A DNA stretch of 64,000 bases from Amphiscolops sp. MND2022 (taxonomy: Eukaryota), in contig OZ076421.1 in the NCBI GenBank assembly GCA_964187785.1, positions 42,966,001 to 43,030,000 of the forward strand, in the 5' to 3' direction. This document shows positions 46,401-58,552 of this stretch, one piece after another (within the stretch, counting starts at the first letter, position 1; each line of letters opens with the position of its first letter). The position numbers were made by a program, and so were the translations under genes. The notes beneath the pieces were generated by a model. The model ran no database searches. It was not told where the DNA came from and saw nothing but the letters and a program-made list of their open reading frames with translations.

Positions 46401-49400
46401 ATTTAGTTGAATACCGAAGCGGCGTTGACAACCAAAGAACAAGACGGGAACGTCTCAAGTCAGCGCTATACCTAAGCTCTAAAAGTTTTTGAAATATGCT
46501 CAGGACGTTATGAAAAACTCACAAAGTTCCCAAATACGCTTCAGAACTTCGGATATAGCGTGCTGGAACACATGGGGGCGCTTGCTCTCGAACCTCCGCC
46601 TCCTCCTTGGTAAAACGCAATATTAAATATAAATTTTTGTGGGCGGAAAATAAGTGACTGAAATAGTCAAATAACTAAAATAGCCAAGTGGATGGAGATC
46701 GTGGCGATTTTGCGAAATTTGGAAAAAACGCAACACAGATTATGATTTTCCTCCCCAATTATATATGGGCGAAAAATAAAAATAGGAATGAACCTTCAAG
46801 GTTGGAATAAAACTGGTGTAAAACAAAGATATATATCACGAGTACTTAACCCCCGGGGGATATTTGCAAAAATTAAAAAAAAAATTCGTTAAAAACTTTC
46901 AATGGTTAATATCTCCACAACTAAACTAAAAGCATATTGAGAAGCTAGTTTAATTAGGGTTTAATAATCAAGAAACGAATCATTAGATCGATTTCTTAGT
47001 AGACTGGCTGTCGGTCACATTGATACTTCAGAGATTTCAATGTAATGTTTTGAAGAAACCAAATTTTTCTTTTTTTTGAAGAGCATTTTTGAGAAACCAA
47101 ATATAATTCGAATATAACGTTGAAAATTCTGATTGTATTGGAAAAATTGGTGGATGTACAGTAGCGTTCTAAAATATTGCAACCTCTTCGACGGTTTTCT
47201 AGGCAAATAATATCAAATATCTCAGACTCTAGGGTAGCTAGGAAAGTAAATAAGGTTTCAATCGAAAGGTAATTTGACAAGCTTTCTCACAAAAGTTTGT
47301 TTATTTTCATTCTCATAACCAAAGATGCCTCAAACCTGCGCTAAAGATAGAGCAAATATTATAACTTTATATTGCAAGAAAATCAGTTTATCACAGATTT
47401 CCAAAATACTGAGCATTCATAAAAGCACCGTTTCACGTGTTATTCGGAGATTTCTGGAAGGAGGAACAATTCAGCGCAAATTCAGCCCCGGAAGACCCCG
47501 AAAATGTACCAAATTTACTGAAAAAACCGTTGTTCGGAGCTGTAAAAAAGACCCTTTTTAACAGCTTCTGAAATTGCCCAGACTTTACCAATTATGATCG
47601 CACCTTCTACGGTCCGCAAGATTTTGTGTAAATACAACCTGAAGGCAAAAGTTTACAACAAAAATCTCATTATTTCCCACATTAATCGGGTGAAAAGGGT
47701 CACTTTTTGCAGAACAAAATTATATCAAAATTCGGCAAAAAATGGACTAAACTGGTGGAATGTCGTTTTTTCTGACGAAACGATGATTGAATTACAACCT
47801 ACTCGTCGGATACTTGTCAGAAAACCACCTAACTTAGGTTTTCATCCGTTATTTACGCCAAAATTCAAAAAAGTGCCAGCAAAAAAATTGATGATCTGGG
47901 GATGTGTCAGATCGAATGGCGAAAGATTGATTTTTCCCATCAAAAACAAAGTCAACGCTGATGTTTACTTCGACTGTCTAAAAAACAAGGTTCTACCCTT
48001 TCTGAATCTCCATGAAGTTTTTCAACAGGACAACGCACCGGCTCATAAAGCAGAAAAAACGATGGTTTTTTTTCAAGAGAATGCCTTCACATTACTGGAA
48101 AACTGGCCCCCACAATCTCCGGACTTAAATATTATCGAAAATTTGTGGCACATTTTGAAGAAAAATGTTATTCGAAGAAGCCCTGAAACGTTGGAACAAC
48201 TTTGGACTTTCACGGAGGAAGAATTTTACCGAATTCCAAACTTCTACATAAAAACACTTTATGCATCTATTCCGAGACGAATACAAGGAATTTTGAAAAA
48301 TAAAGGATACCCAACGAAATATTAGACTGTTAATAACGTTTTCTTACTTTAACGCTTTTTTGTACGATGTATTTTTTGTGGCCCAATTTAATTTTGAACT
48401 TTCGTTTTCATTTTCAAAGAGTTGCATTATTTTAGAACGCTACTGTATATTGACAAAACCTAATATCAGAGAAGGAGAATTTTGAAGTGCCAAAAAAATC
48501 GAAAGGGGTCCTTTTGTCTCTTCCGGTTTTGTATGTTGCGTTATAAAAGTGAAAAAATTAAAGGGGGACCCTTTGCAATAACTTAGATGCGTTTCCGAAT
48601 TATTCGTTTAGTTGAACAAACTGAACAAAAATTGCGTCGCATTCGAGTCTGTTTTACTGAAAATCAGAAAAACGAGTGACTGTAATAGTCGGGCTCTTTT
48701 ATTATATAAAAGCGCCGAATAAAAACGGCAGAAAACAGAATCTATTGGATTCCAAAATATGTGAAGCAAATTGTTTTTCAAGTGAATCTAGAGAAGAGTT
48801 ATCAAACTTTCGGAAGCTACTCAAAAGTTTAATCAACCCAATATCCATTTGAAATGAATAGAGAATCACTTTAAGTGAATATTGGTGAATAAAAACAAAC
48901 GTAGCTGTTGTTGTTCGTGACGGTTAAAGTTTATTTTCTCGCTGCCTTACTGAAAGATTATATTTTCAGCGATTGATTCATTCAACTTGGAATTTATATC
49001 ATATGAACTTAAATTGTATTGCCTCGTTTTCTTTCGTTCGCAGTTAGAGCTCACTTGAAGTTCCTTTAGAACTTCACTTGAAGCTCACTTTAGATATTCT
49101 TTCACTCAGTGCGGAACTTTAAAGCGACGCTATGGTTAGGATACGACTCACTTTTAGCATTGATTCACTTAATGTGTAAATTGCTTCATTTAAAGTAAAA
49201 CTGATGTATTAGGACACAGAGAGCTCTGTGGCTACCTTCATAGCAGTGAATACAGGAGGTCAGTATCACTGACTAATGTTCAGCCTTTTCAGCCCAATGG
49301 ACATCGATGCCAACACGACGAAAATCGATCTGCAGCATTCCAAGGCCTCCAAGTGGGTCAAAATCAGCAGCACTTGGGTCTGTTTTGTAGCCTACGTCTG

Positions 49401-49446
49401 GGTCCTTTTTGCCCCCATGATTTTCCCTGATCGCGATTTCAATTGA
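34446..49446 (+). CDS. SERINC: Serine incorporator (SERINC/TDE family), 8 exons, 429 aa
   Basis: join(34446-34646, 35873-36057, 38188-38270, 38348-38441, 38947-39161, 42153-42330, 44381-44560, 49293-49446) = 1290 nt, all GT-AG with consistent phases. Motifs: Cys-rich N-terminus, [86 protein letters not shown]. Confidence 0.96.
37077..37592. mobile_element. piggyBac-type MITE in SERINC intron 2
   Basis: TTAA on both sides (37073-76, 37593-96); TIRs ccccaatcgacct/aggttcattgggg match at 11 of 13. Confidence 0.8.
37593..38084. repeat. 122-bp minisatellite, 4 near-identical copies
   Basis: ttaacatctagaaattgaactg starts at 37593, 37715, 37837 and 37959. Confidence 0.97.
39207..39692 (-). mobile_element. 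HINE family 1 copy in SERINC intron 5
   Basis: aacaagccgggaacggcataagtcgacgcc...agcgccgactaa. Confidence 0.8.
39897..40196 (+). mobile_element. HINE family 2 (DINE-1-like) copy with internal tRNA-derived segment
   Basis: T-run, then a perfect 12-bp asymmetric IR cacatgacgaag (39903) / cttcgtcatgtg (40157), 3' hairpin GCGAAGC-ACC-GCTTCGC (40171-87), end ctctgtgtt. Confidence 0.85.
40293..40746 (+). mobile_element. Non-autonomous hAT element retaining a transposase dimerisation-domain fragment
   Basis: 8-bp TSD GTTCGATT on both sides; TIRs cagggttcg/cgaaccttg; [39 protein letters not shown]. Confidence 0.9.
41306..41477. mobile_element. Short Tc1/mariner-type MITE
   Basis: TA-cagtagggg...cccctactg-TA; internal gtcgttataaa repeats. 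Confidence 0.75.
42965..43256 (+). mobile_element. HINE family 2 copy in SERINC intron 6
   Basis: Closely similar to 39897-40196, with the same IRs, hairpin and tRNA-like segment. Confidence 0.85.
43405..43951. mobile_element. hAT MITE
   Basis: 8-bp TSD GTTTATAC on both sides; TIRs cagggttgtga/tcacaaccctg; subterminal gatttaaatc repeats. Confidence 0.9.
44760..44835. repeat. 22-bp tandem repeat (~3.5 copies)
   Basis: gtta(c/t)at(c/t)cgaactttgaaaac repeated. Confidence 0.85.
45005..45660. repeat. Old diverged tandem duplication, period ~357 bp
   Basis: gctctggtt at 45007 and 45364; ctaaaaagtcgcatttgatcaat occurs in both copies. Confidence 0.7.
47159..48445 (+). mobile_element. Tc1-family DNA transposon (1287 bp) in SERINC intron 7
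   Basis: TA on both sides; 25-bp TIRs cagtagcgttctaaaat(a/t)... with 1 mismatch. Confidence 0.95.
47325..48325 (+). CDS. Tc1-like transposase, DD35E, split by a single frameshift at 47552-47561
   Basis: HTH N-terminus plus GRPRK; [38 protein letters not shown] -1 shift at CCCTTTTTA restores [10 protein letters not shown] and gives a 333-aa protein. Confidence 0.9.
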
Positions 49447-50585
49447 GCTCCAACTTCGATATCTGGATAGAAGCTAGAAACTGTGCTAAATTTAATTCGA
49501 ATACATAAAATCATCTTTTCTCCAAATATCAACACTTTTTCGAATCTTTTGATAATTTGTGTCACCTCACCTTTGTGGTGTAAGCTCTCTTGAAAACCGA
49601 AGCTCTCTTGATTACATCAATTGCCGCCCTAAACTGAAAAAGCATATGACGAAATTTGAAACTCTAGTCTGAGCCCGTGTGATAGTAAAGTTGAATAGTT
49701 GAAAAGAGATAGGTACTTCTATCTGTTTGAAATACTGGATATATTGAACTCAAAATCAGACTATGAATGAAAAGTTGTCTTCTTGAGAAAAATTTGATTC
49801 TCTCGTTTGATGTGAATAATTTATTTGCTGTAACTTTAGATTAGTCGTTCCTTACAAAAATATTTTCCCTCTGCTATTTTTGAGTCGTGATGTTTTGATT
49901 TTTAAGCCATCCAACCAGCTTTTATTGAAGTTTGTCATTTTTCCCAAAAAATGCTATCATTCAGCCAATCCCGCTTCTCAATTTAATTTGTGTAGTTACT
50001 CCTGTAGATTAATCGCTTATTAAATTTTAATTTAATTATTTAGTTATAAAGCCATCTGTTTTCTCAATGTTGATTATGTTTGCAGAATCCACAGCTAGTG
50101 TCACCCAAGTTTTCAATCGTATCAAATTCGAATTCCTAGGATGTCATCAAACTTCACGTTCGAGCAAATTTGATAAAGTCTCGAATTAACTTAACTGATC
50201 ATTGCACGTCATGTCAGTCTTGAGGTTTCTATTTCGCATCTATGAAAATCTAGGAAGATTTTTCACCGCTATTTTGATGCTCTCAAGTTCACTATGTTTT
50301 GTCATTTTCGGCCCCATAGTTTATTGTGTAGGGCGAGAAAAATCACCATCCGTGTAGCGTTCTTTTCAAAACTCTGCCAAATCTCCACTTTATTGGTCTA
50401 TTCAGTATTTGGGTATTTTGGCAGACAAGAGGTCGTGGGTTTGAAGCCGGGCTGTAGTCTCAAGTTTTTATTACGGAAAATATCCCGATGCTTAGCGGGC
50501 GTCTTGTTATATTTACCACCGTGGTTCATCTCCTGTTGTAGCCAGTAGTATCAGTAAGTTTACTGCTTTGAACTTCAGATTCAAA

Positions 50586-52866
50586 ATGATGTCATTTGAC
50601 GACACAGCTGGGACCACAGTTGAAACAGTCTGGTCGCTAGCAACGAAAGAAGTGGAGGCTCAAAATGAGCGTAAAAAGGAAGAAAGACTTCTATCCGAAG
50701 AGCGAACGATGATAGTGTCTGGAACAAAACAGGCCGGAAAAACATCTTTGTTGCTCAAATTTCTGGAAAAGAATGAAGAACGCGTGAAGCCATCTGTTGC
50801 CCTGGAGTATACATTCGCAAGGAGACAGAGAATGAACTCATTGGAAAAAGATATTGTGCATTTATGGGAGCTTGCGGGAGGTACTAACCTAACAGATTTA
50901 ACCGACGCTGTTATAACAGCTGATAACCTACCTGGACTTTCACTTGTGATAATAATTGACCTTTCTCAGCCCGGAACTCTGTGGGTCACATTAGAGAAGC
51001 TTTTGAACGACACGAAGGAGAAAATTGATAAACTAACTGGCAGTAATAAAGAGTTGAGGAATGTTCTGGAAAAGTCGAAAAATGAGAGAATCCAAACATT
51101 TGCCAAGAATTTCGACCATTCGAATATATTCCCGATACCGCTGTTAATCGTGGGGTCTAAATATGACTTGTACGCGAACTTGGATTCCGTTGAGAAGAAA
51201 ATGATAGCGAGGACTCTGAGATTTGTGGCCCATTACTATGCTGCTCATTTGGTTTTTGTGTCTGAACGAGTGGCGTCAACACTGAGATACTTCAAAGCTT
51301 TTTTCAACAGCCTCGCCTTCAATACAGGTATTATACATGTGATGTCGTTAATTTTTCTAGGCGTTGGAAATTTCAGGTTTGATCGTAGTCTTGTATCAAT
51401 TTTAGGTATTTGGGTGTCCGGACATGACGCCCAATAATTATGGGGACGGTAAATAACGTCTAAACGTTTTGAGAGTAAACAGTCCGAAAAAAAACTAATC
51501 ATGGTTCACCACGGCCACATACCTCTAGTGCCCTAAACGCAGGCCCGAAACGGAACGACGTGCTATTGGTCGTAATGTCCGAACATCGATTCAAACAGCG
51601 CTGAAATTTCATATCAATTTCGATTCGAGAAAACGTCTTTTTTAGCCGGCGCTCTTCTTTAGAAAACAGTCGACTATAGTCATGGCTTTTCGTCAGTGTT
51701 TTTTTCAAGACCACCTGAACTGACCAAAATACTTCTACCAAAACTTCTACAAAATTTTCAGAAGACGCCAAAATGTACCTGTTGACCCAAGGAACTGAAC
51801 CAAAAAGGTTTCCCGCGTAACATACAATACCGGACGAGACCAAATGGTCCATTTTTTCGGCACTGTGCGACTTTTATCCCCACGAAAGGCCCCCTTCAAT
51901 TTTTTGGAGTTTTGCAACAGAATGGATGTTGAAAAATCCCAAAGGGTCCTTCCTTTCAGTTTTTTTCGGCATTGTGAGACTTTTTTTCCAAATTTTTTTT
52001 CATAAAAGTAGTCCCAATTCACCAATACTGGAAATTTTGAAGTCCTTTTGCTATTTTTGAGCCTTGGATATGGCGCCGACTTGGGCCGTTCCCGGCTTGT
52101 TAAACCAAGGTACAAGTATGTTTCATTGGAAGATGGTTGGTTGTCTTCAACTTTTGTCGCATTCCCAAAGCGCCGAAGATTTGCCAAATATCAGAAGCAT
52201 TCAAGAACGCTTGTTGATTATAACATGCTGTTGGTGAGACAGGAAAAAGTATGAATCTGACTGACAATCAGTCAGCTAAGAAATCGATCTAATACATTGC
52301 ACTCTCCGTTTCATGATTCCTGAACCCTAATTAAACTAGCTTCTCTAATAATCTTAGTTGAGATATTAACCATTGGAAGTTTTTAATGAACTTTTTGAAT
52401 TTTTGCAAATATGTCCGGTGTTAAGCTTACTAGTACTCGTGATGTATATTTTTGTTTTACACCAGTCCTATTCCAACCTAGAAGGTTCATTCTTGTTTTT
52501 ACCTCCATGTTTTCTATTTTTTTTTCAGGAATGCAGAAAGTGATTTCATTTGACGAGAACAAACCTATTGTGATCAGCGCCGGCAACGATGACTCACTGG
52601 CCATAGGTGGTCCCCTCACTCCTGATGGCTCAGTAATCAAGGATGTATACTCCTGGACAGACTGGAAGAAACACTTCTGCACTTTCTTCGCCCAGAAAAG
52701 TCTAGATCCTGACCAAAATAAAACAACCGACGACCCGGGACTCGATCCTAAGTACAAGGAGTCTGTGATAGACCAGCTGAAGAAGCAAAAGTTCATGGAA
52801 ATCGAAAATCTGCGGCGCAAGTTCAGAAAAGAGGCAAACACTATGTACAAAGTTGGATCTCATTAG
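50586..52866 (+). CDS. DYNC2LI1: Cytoplasmic dynein 2 light intermediate chain 1 (D2LIC), 2 exons, 359 aa
   Basis: join(50586-51327, 52529-52866) = 1080 nt, GT-AG, phase 1. Motifs GTKQAGKTS, KPSVALEYTFARR, KDIVHLWELAGG, FPIPLLIVGSKYD, RTLRFVAHYYAA, KPIVISAGNDD, DPKYKESVID. Confidence 0.94.
51638..52101 (+). mobile_element. HINE family 1 copy in the DYNC2LI1 intron
   Basis: tttttagccggcgc...ggcgccgacttgggccgttcccggcttgtt. Confidence 0.8.
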
Positions 52867-54202
52867 CGGTGCAGATCGTTATCGATATCACGTGCAGTGT
52901 AATTATGATAATATGGTTAAATGTAATAGGTTGTACAAATTTGTATTTATATGTACAAATGTTTATTGTTAATTGATCTGTTCAATGAAATGATTTTCAA
53001 ATACCAACCAATTTTCAATGCTTTCCTTCTCAGGGAAATTAGTTTTCCCTCGAAAAGATTAACTGATTGTTGTATTGGAATTCTTCAAGGTTGGATTTTC
53101 AGTATCCGTGCAATTCTTTTCTACCAATGTCAGCGTTTTCTCTGAAAATCCTTGAATATTGCATGTTTCGTGCATTCATTTTTTGCCCAATGGTTCATGT
53201 CAAAAATTTTATTCATTCAGAAAGTTTGATTGTTTTTGACACCACTTATAAGCTGTGCGGGATAAAGTGTCGGTAGCATTTACCTTTTCGAAAATATGCC
53301 GGCAAAATCGCAAATATTGCAGCTCTTCAACCATTGAACGTTCTGTTTATGTACAGCGGTATCCTAGAAGAATGCTATCTATTTTCGTTGTCTCGTGTCT
53401 CGCAGTGTATTCAGAAACGTCTTTCTTAGATTTTTAAGAATCTTCAATTCTACGAGCAGTAATTCAGTAGTAAGTTGAAAAGTAAAAAATTTTCCAATTT
53501 TGACTTTGTTCCTAAGAAATTTTTTTAATCTAGTAGTTCACAGTAGGAACATACCTTCGAGTGAATTAAGTTGAGTCCAGTTCTTTTTGAAGTCCAGTTT
53601 GTTGCAAAATATCAAAAAATTGTAGGGGGACAGTTTGAAGACATTTTGAAAATTCGAAAAATAACGAAAAATGAGAATTTTGAAACAGTATCACAGTGCC
53701 AAAAAATTGAAAGGCGAGACCCTTTGGACTTTTCGAGACTTCAGTTTGCTGCAAAATATCAAAAAACTTGAAGGGAGACAAAAAAATCGAAAAGTCGCAC
53801 AGTGCTAGAAAAATTCAAAGGGGGGACCCTATAGTCTCGTCCGGTTTTGTATCTTACCATAAAAATGGAGTAAATGAAAGGGGACCCTTTGCACTAACTT
53901 AGATGCGTTTCCGGTCCAGTAGTTTAGCAGTGTACAAAGTGTCTACTACGCATACATTCTGTTGTCTGATGAAAAAAACTAGTCACTATAATAGTCGGGC
54001 TATTTTCCTTAGAGGAAAACGCACCGCCTAAAAACGTCATTCTGGGAAAATGTGAGATTTTTTCATTCTTTTTTGGGAACTGCCCTTTGGGTTTGTAAAA
54101 ATTTCATTTGTAATTTTAATTATATCTGTGATAGCAGGAATATTATTGAAACCTCAAGAAGTTTACTTTTTTCAGTCAAATTCTTCGAATGATACTGAAT
54201 AA

Positions 54203-55140
54203 TTCAGATATTTTGTTCGGCTGTGACTATGAGCGTGAGAATTAAATTTCTCAAACGACATTTCAACTCTTGTGTGATGGAACGAGCGAGTGGTAATTAT
54301 GCATTCGTACGCTGACGTCATTGAGATGAAGCGAGTGAATGTTCGTAATTATGCTTTCGTGCCCCGAGTTATTGAGATGAAGCGAATGAGTGTTGATTAT
54401 TCGTTAGCCGAGAGCTTCGCCTGCATTCAAATGCGAATGCGAGACTTCGTATACGCTTAGTAGTTATATTTGCTTTAGTCCGAGATTCAAAGGCGGTTTA
54501 AACTGGTACAGTGATTAATTGTGCGCTAAGGAATGATTAAACAGGAGTGTCTTGGTATTCCAAATATGATTCTATTATTAATGAAAGATTAAAGCGGAAA
54601 CGGAAACGATAGTGTGCCCCGGAGGGGCCTCTTTTTGAATGTGATTGATGTGGGATATTTCCACTGTATTTTCGATATTTCTGCAATAGCAGGAATAATA
54701 ATGAAATCTGATTTTTGCAACTTTTTTAGTCAACTTTTCGTACGCGATTCGAGTACATACTGAAAAATTCAGATATTTTGTTCGGCAGTGAGTATGAGCG
54801 TGAGGTTTGAATTTCTGAAGCTGCCGACGACAATCCGTTTCTCGTGCGGTAATTATGCATTCGTACGCCGACTTCATTGAGATGGAGCGATCAAATGTGC
54901 GTAATTATACTTTCGTACGCTGAGTTTTTGAAATGAATTGAACGAGTCCTAATTGTTCGTTAGCCGAGAGCTTCGGCTGCATTCAAATGCGAATACGAAA
55001 CTTCGTCTACGCTTAGTAGTTATTTTTTCTTTAGTCTAAGACGAAATAAAGGCGGTGTAAACTGGTACAGTGAAAAAATGTGCGCTATATAATGATTAAA
55101 CAGGAATGTGCAGTTATTCCAGATATGCTTTTTTTGAATA
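54203..55140. repeat. Diverged tandem duplication, period ~565 bp
   Basis: ttcagatattttgttcggc at 54203 and 54768; ttagccgagagcttcg...cattcaaatgcgaat occurs in both copies. Confidence 0.75.
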
Positions 55141-55179
55141 TGAAAGCCCAAAAGCAGAAATAAATCTGTGACCCTGCCG

Positions 55180-57300
55180 TTTTTAGTCAGCGCATTTCAG
55201 TAGAAAATGTGCCCGACTCTTACAGTGTTTAGTTTTTTTTAGTCGGGGCATTTCAGTAAAAAATGAGTCCGACTTTCACAGTGGGTAGTTTTTTTAGACG
55301 CGTAAGGTCCACTTTTTGTTCATTTGTTCAACAACGTCAAACCTCAACAACTTCGAACCTCAACAACTCGAACCTCAAAAACGCGTCCAAAACGAAAAGA
55401 AGAAACAAAGCAGACGTCCAGAACCTCGAAATCACACTGAGGATCCCCCCATAGCCCCACTTTTTTTCGGCACTATGCGACCTTTTTCGAAACTTTTTGG
55501 ATTGCACCAAAGGGTCCCCCCTTCATTTGTTTCGACATTTTGCAACACAATGGATTTCAAAAAATCCCAAAGGGTTGCCCCTTTCACTTTTTTCGGCACT
55601 GGGACACTGTTCAAAAATCTCATTTTTTAAATTTTTTTGAGATTTTTTTTCAATTCCCCAAATGGCTCCCCTTCAATTTTCATCATATTTTGTATTCAGC
55701 TGGAGTTTCACAAAGCTCGAAGGGTCCCCCCTTTTTCAATTTTTAGCCTTAGATCTAGCGCCGACATTGGCCGTTCTCGGCTTGTTTAGTCGGCGCATTT
55801 TAGTAGAAAATGTGCCCGACTCTTACAGTGTGTAGTTTTTTTAGACGCGTAAGGTCCACTTTTTTATTCATTTGTTCAACAACGTCGAACCTTAACAACT
55901 TCGAACCTCAACAACTCGAACCTCAAAAACGCGTCCAAAACGAAAAGAAGAAACAAAACAGACGTCCAGAACCTCGAAATCACACTGAGGATCCCCCCAT
56001 CGCCCCACTTTTTTTCGGCACTATGCGACTTTTCGAAACTTTTTGGATTGCACCGAAGGGTCCCCCCTTCATTTGTTTCGACATTTTGCAACACAATGGA
56101 TTTCAAAAAATCCCAAAGGGTTGCCCCTTTCACTTTTTTCGGCACTGGGACACTGTTCAAAAATCTCATTTTTAAAATTTTTTTGAGATTTTTTTTCAAT
56201 TCCCCAAATGGCTCCCCTTCAATTTTCATCATATTTTGCATTCAGCTGGAGTTTCACAAAGCTCGAAGGGTCCCCCCTTTTTCAATTTTTAGCCTTAGAT
56301 CTAGCGCCGACATTGGCCGTTCTCGGCTTGTTTAGTCGGCGCATTTTAGTAGAAAATGTGCCCGACTCTTACAGTGTGTAGTTTTTTTAGACGCGTAAGG
56401 TCCACTTTTTTATTCATTTGTTCAACAACGTCGAACCTTAACAACTTCGAACCTCAACAACTCGAACCTCAAAAACGCGTCCAAAACGAAAAGAAGAAAC
56501 AAAACAGACGTCCAGAACCTCGAAATCACACTGAGGATCCCCCCATAGCCCCACTTTTTTTCGGCACTATGCGACTTTTTTCGGAACTTTTTGGATTGCA
56601 CCAAAGGGTCCCCCCTTCATTTGTTTCGACATTTTGCAACACAATGGATTTCAAAAAATCCCAAAGGGTCGCCCCTTTTACTTTTTTCGGCACTGGGACA
56701 CTGTTCAAAAATCTCATTTTAAAAATTTTTTTGAGATTTTTTTTCAATTCCCCAAATGGCTCCCCTTCAATTTTCATCATATTTTGCAACCAGCTGGAGT
56801 TTCACAAAGCCCGAAGGGTCCCCCCTTTCACAATTTTGAGCCTTATATATAGCGCCTACTTTGGCCGTTCTCGGCTTGTTGTAATAATACGGTGCCTATT
56901 TTTAGTCGGCGTTTTCGAAGAAAATCCCGACTTTTACAGTGGCTAGTTTTTTTTTTCGTCAGTTCAACGCGTACGTCCACTTTTTGTGCATTAATCCAAT
57001 TAATGCACATTTACCAACTTTTACCATATGTACTTAGTACTTCATTTTCAACGCATCCAAAGCGTCAAACATGAGGTAAAAAGCGTCCCCCCTTTTACAT
57101 TTTTCGGCACTATGCGACTTACCGGAAACTTCGAAAAAAAATTTCAAAAAAAATTTTTATCTCAATTTTTAGTTTTTTGAGAGCTTTTGTTGTTTTTTCT
57201 TAAAAGGGTCCCCAATTCACCAATACTTTGACATTTTGAAGTCCTTCTGCTATTTTTGAGCCTTAGATATGGCGCCGACTTGGGCCGTTCCCGGCTTATT
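55180..57300 (+). mobile_element. Head-to-tail array of HINE family 1 copies
   Basis: Units ~55240-55786, 55787-56332 and 56333-56880, with direct junctions cggcttgtt|tagtcggcgc; a fourth subfamily copy at ~56900-57300. Confidence 0.9.
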
Positions 57301-57644
57301 ATGTTGGGCACGTACGAGCACGGTTGGGAAAATCTTCCTGTGCCCTAATGTTGTCCTCGTCAAAGCCTGGAAAAAACTAAAATTGAATAACTCGTAAACC
57401 TTTTCTACTTGTTGAGCGATATGGTGTAGTAAAATGTGCGTTTTACGATGAACATGTGATAATGTGCAACAGTTCATTGGGCTTTTTTCTATCCGATCGA
57501 TCTTCATTCCGTCAAAAGCCTCCTGTTCCGCATAAGTCGCAGCAGTTATAATGAACAGCACGTGTACAGACAAAGCGCCCATTTTACACAGTCATAAGCG
57601 CCCCAATACAAAGCGCCTTGCTAGTTTTTGTGCTGTTTTCGGAT

Positions 57645-58170
57645 CACGTAAATAACTTCTAAATAAATAAGTTCTAAAATTATATTAGTAAATAACTTCT
57701 AAATAAATAAGTTCTAAAATTATATTAGCAAATAACTTCTAAAATGCATTTGCGTCTGGTAACTTCTGAAATCGTTCTAGTAAAGATTGCTATTCATTCT
57801 TCCGAAAATAAATTAACCGTTCCATTATTCCGAAAATAAACTTACCGTTCTATTATTCCGAAAACTGTTATTTGAAAAGATTAGCATATTTGTTGTATGG
57901 CTCGGTCGCTTCGCTCCCTTCGCCAAGTAGCAACATTGAGGCATGGCCATATGGCACGTCGCTCCGCTCCTGCATTTAGGGCACTAGGGGTATGTGAACA
58001 TAGCTAACGACGTTATAGAAATAATTACGTCAAAATAGCTGTTTGGAAGTTATTTACTAGATGCCATTGCAATTTAGAAGTTATTTACTAAAATAATTTT
58101 AGAACTTATTTATTTAGAAGTTGTTTACTATATTAATTAGAAGTTATTTATTTAGAAGTTATTTACTTCC
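57645..58170. repeat. Foldback element with inverted AT-rich arrays upstream of ALKBH7
   Basis: (aaataacttctaaataaataagttctaaa)n on the left versus (tttagaagttatttat...)n on the right. Confidence 0.7.
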
Positions 58171-58552
58171 CCCCTGTTTTCATTGCCTCTAATTAAATCT
58201 AAAGAACAAACAAAATAATAATTCTCTGGTAATGCCATGTTTAACACTTTCACACCTAACAAATTCCAATTGAAATCTACTTAAATTGTGAATTGTGGCA
58301 TTACTGTATACCAAATAATTTCTTTAAGAAGCAATTAGTCAATAAATTGTTTCAAAATGAAAAACTCAATTATTTAATATTATTTAATTGAAGTGAGGAG
58401 CTTGGAGTTGGTTGCGGAAAAGAGCCAGCAAGTCCCATGACTGGGCGCTTTTGACTGTGTATTTTGGGCGCTTTTGTCCGGCAACCGAACAGCAAAATCG
58501 TCAAAAAATATCATTGCCAAGGGTACCATATATTGCCGATTCCAGAGAGAAA

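Noticed and set aside
55263-56946. Repeated 60-196 aa ORFs on both strands
   Set aside because: Chance frames inside non-coding HINE copies; no protein motifs.
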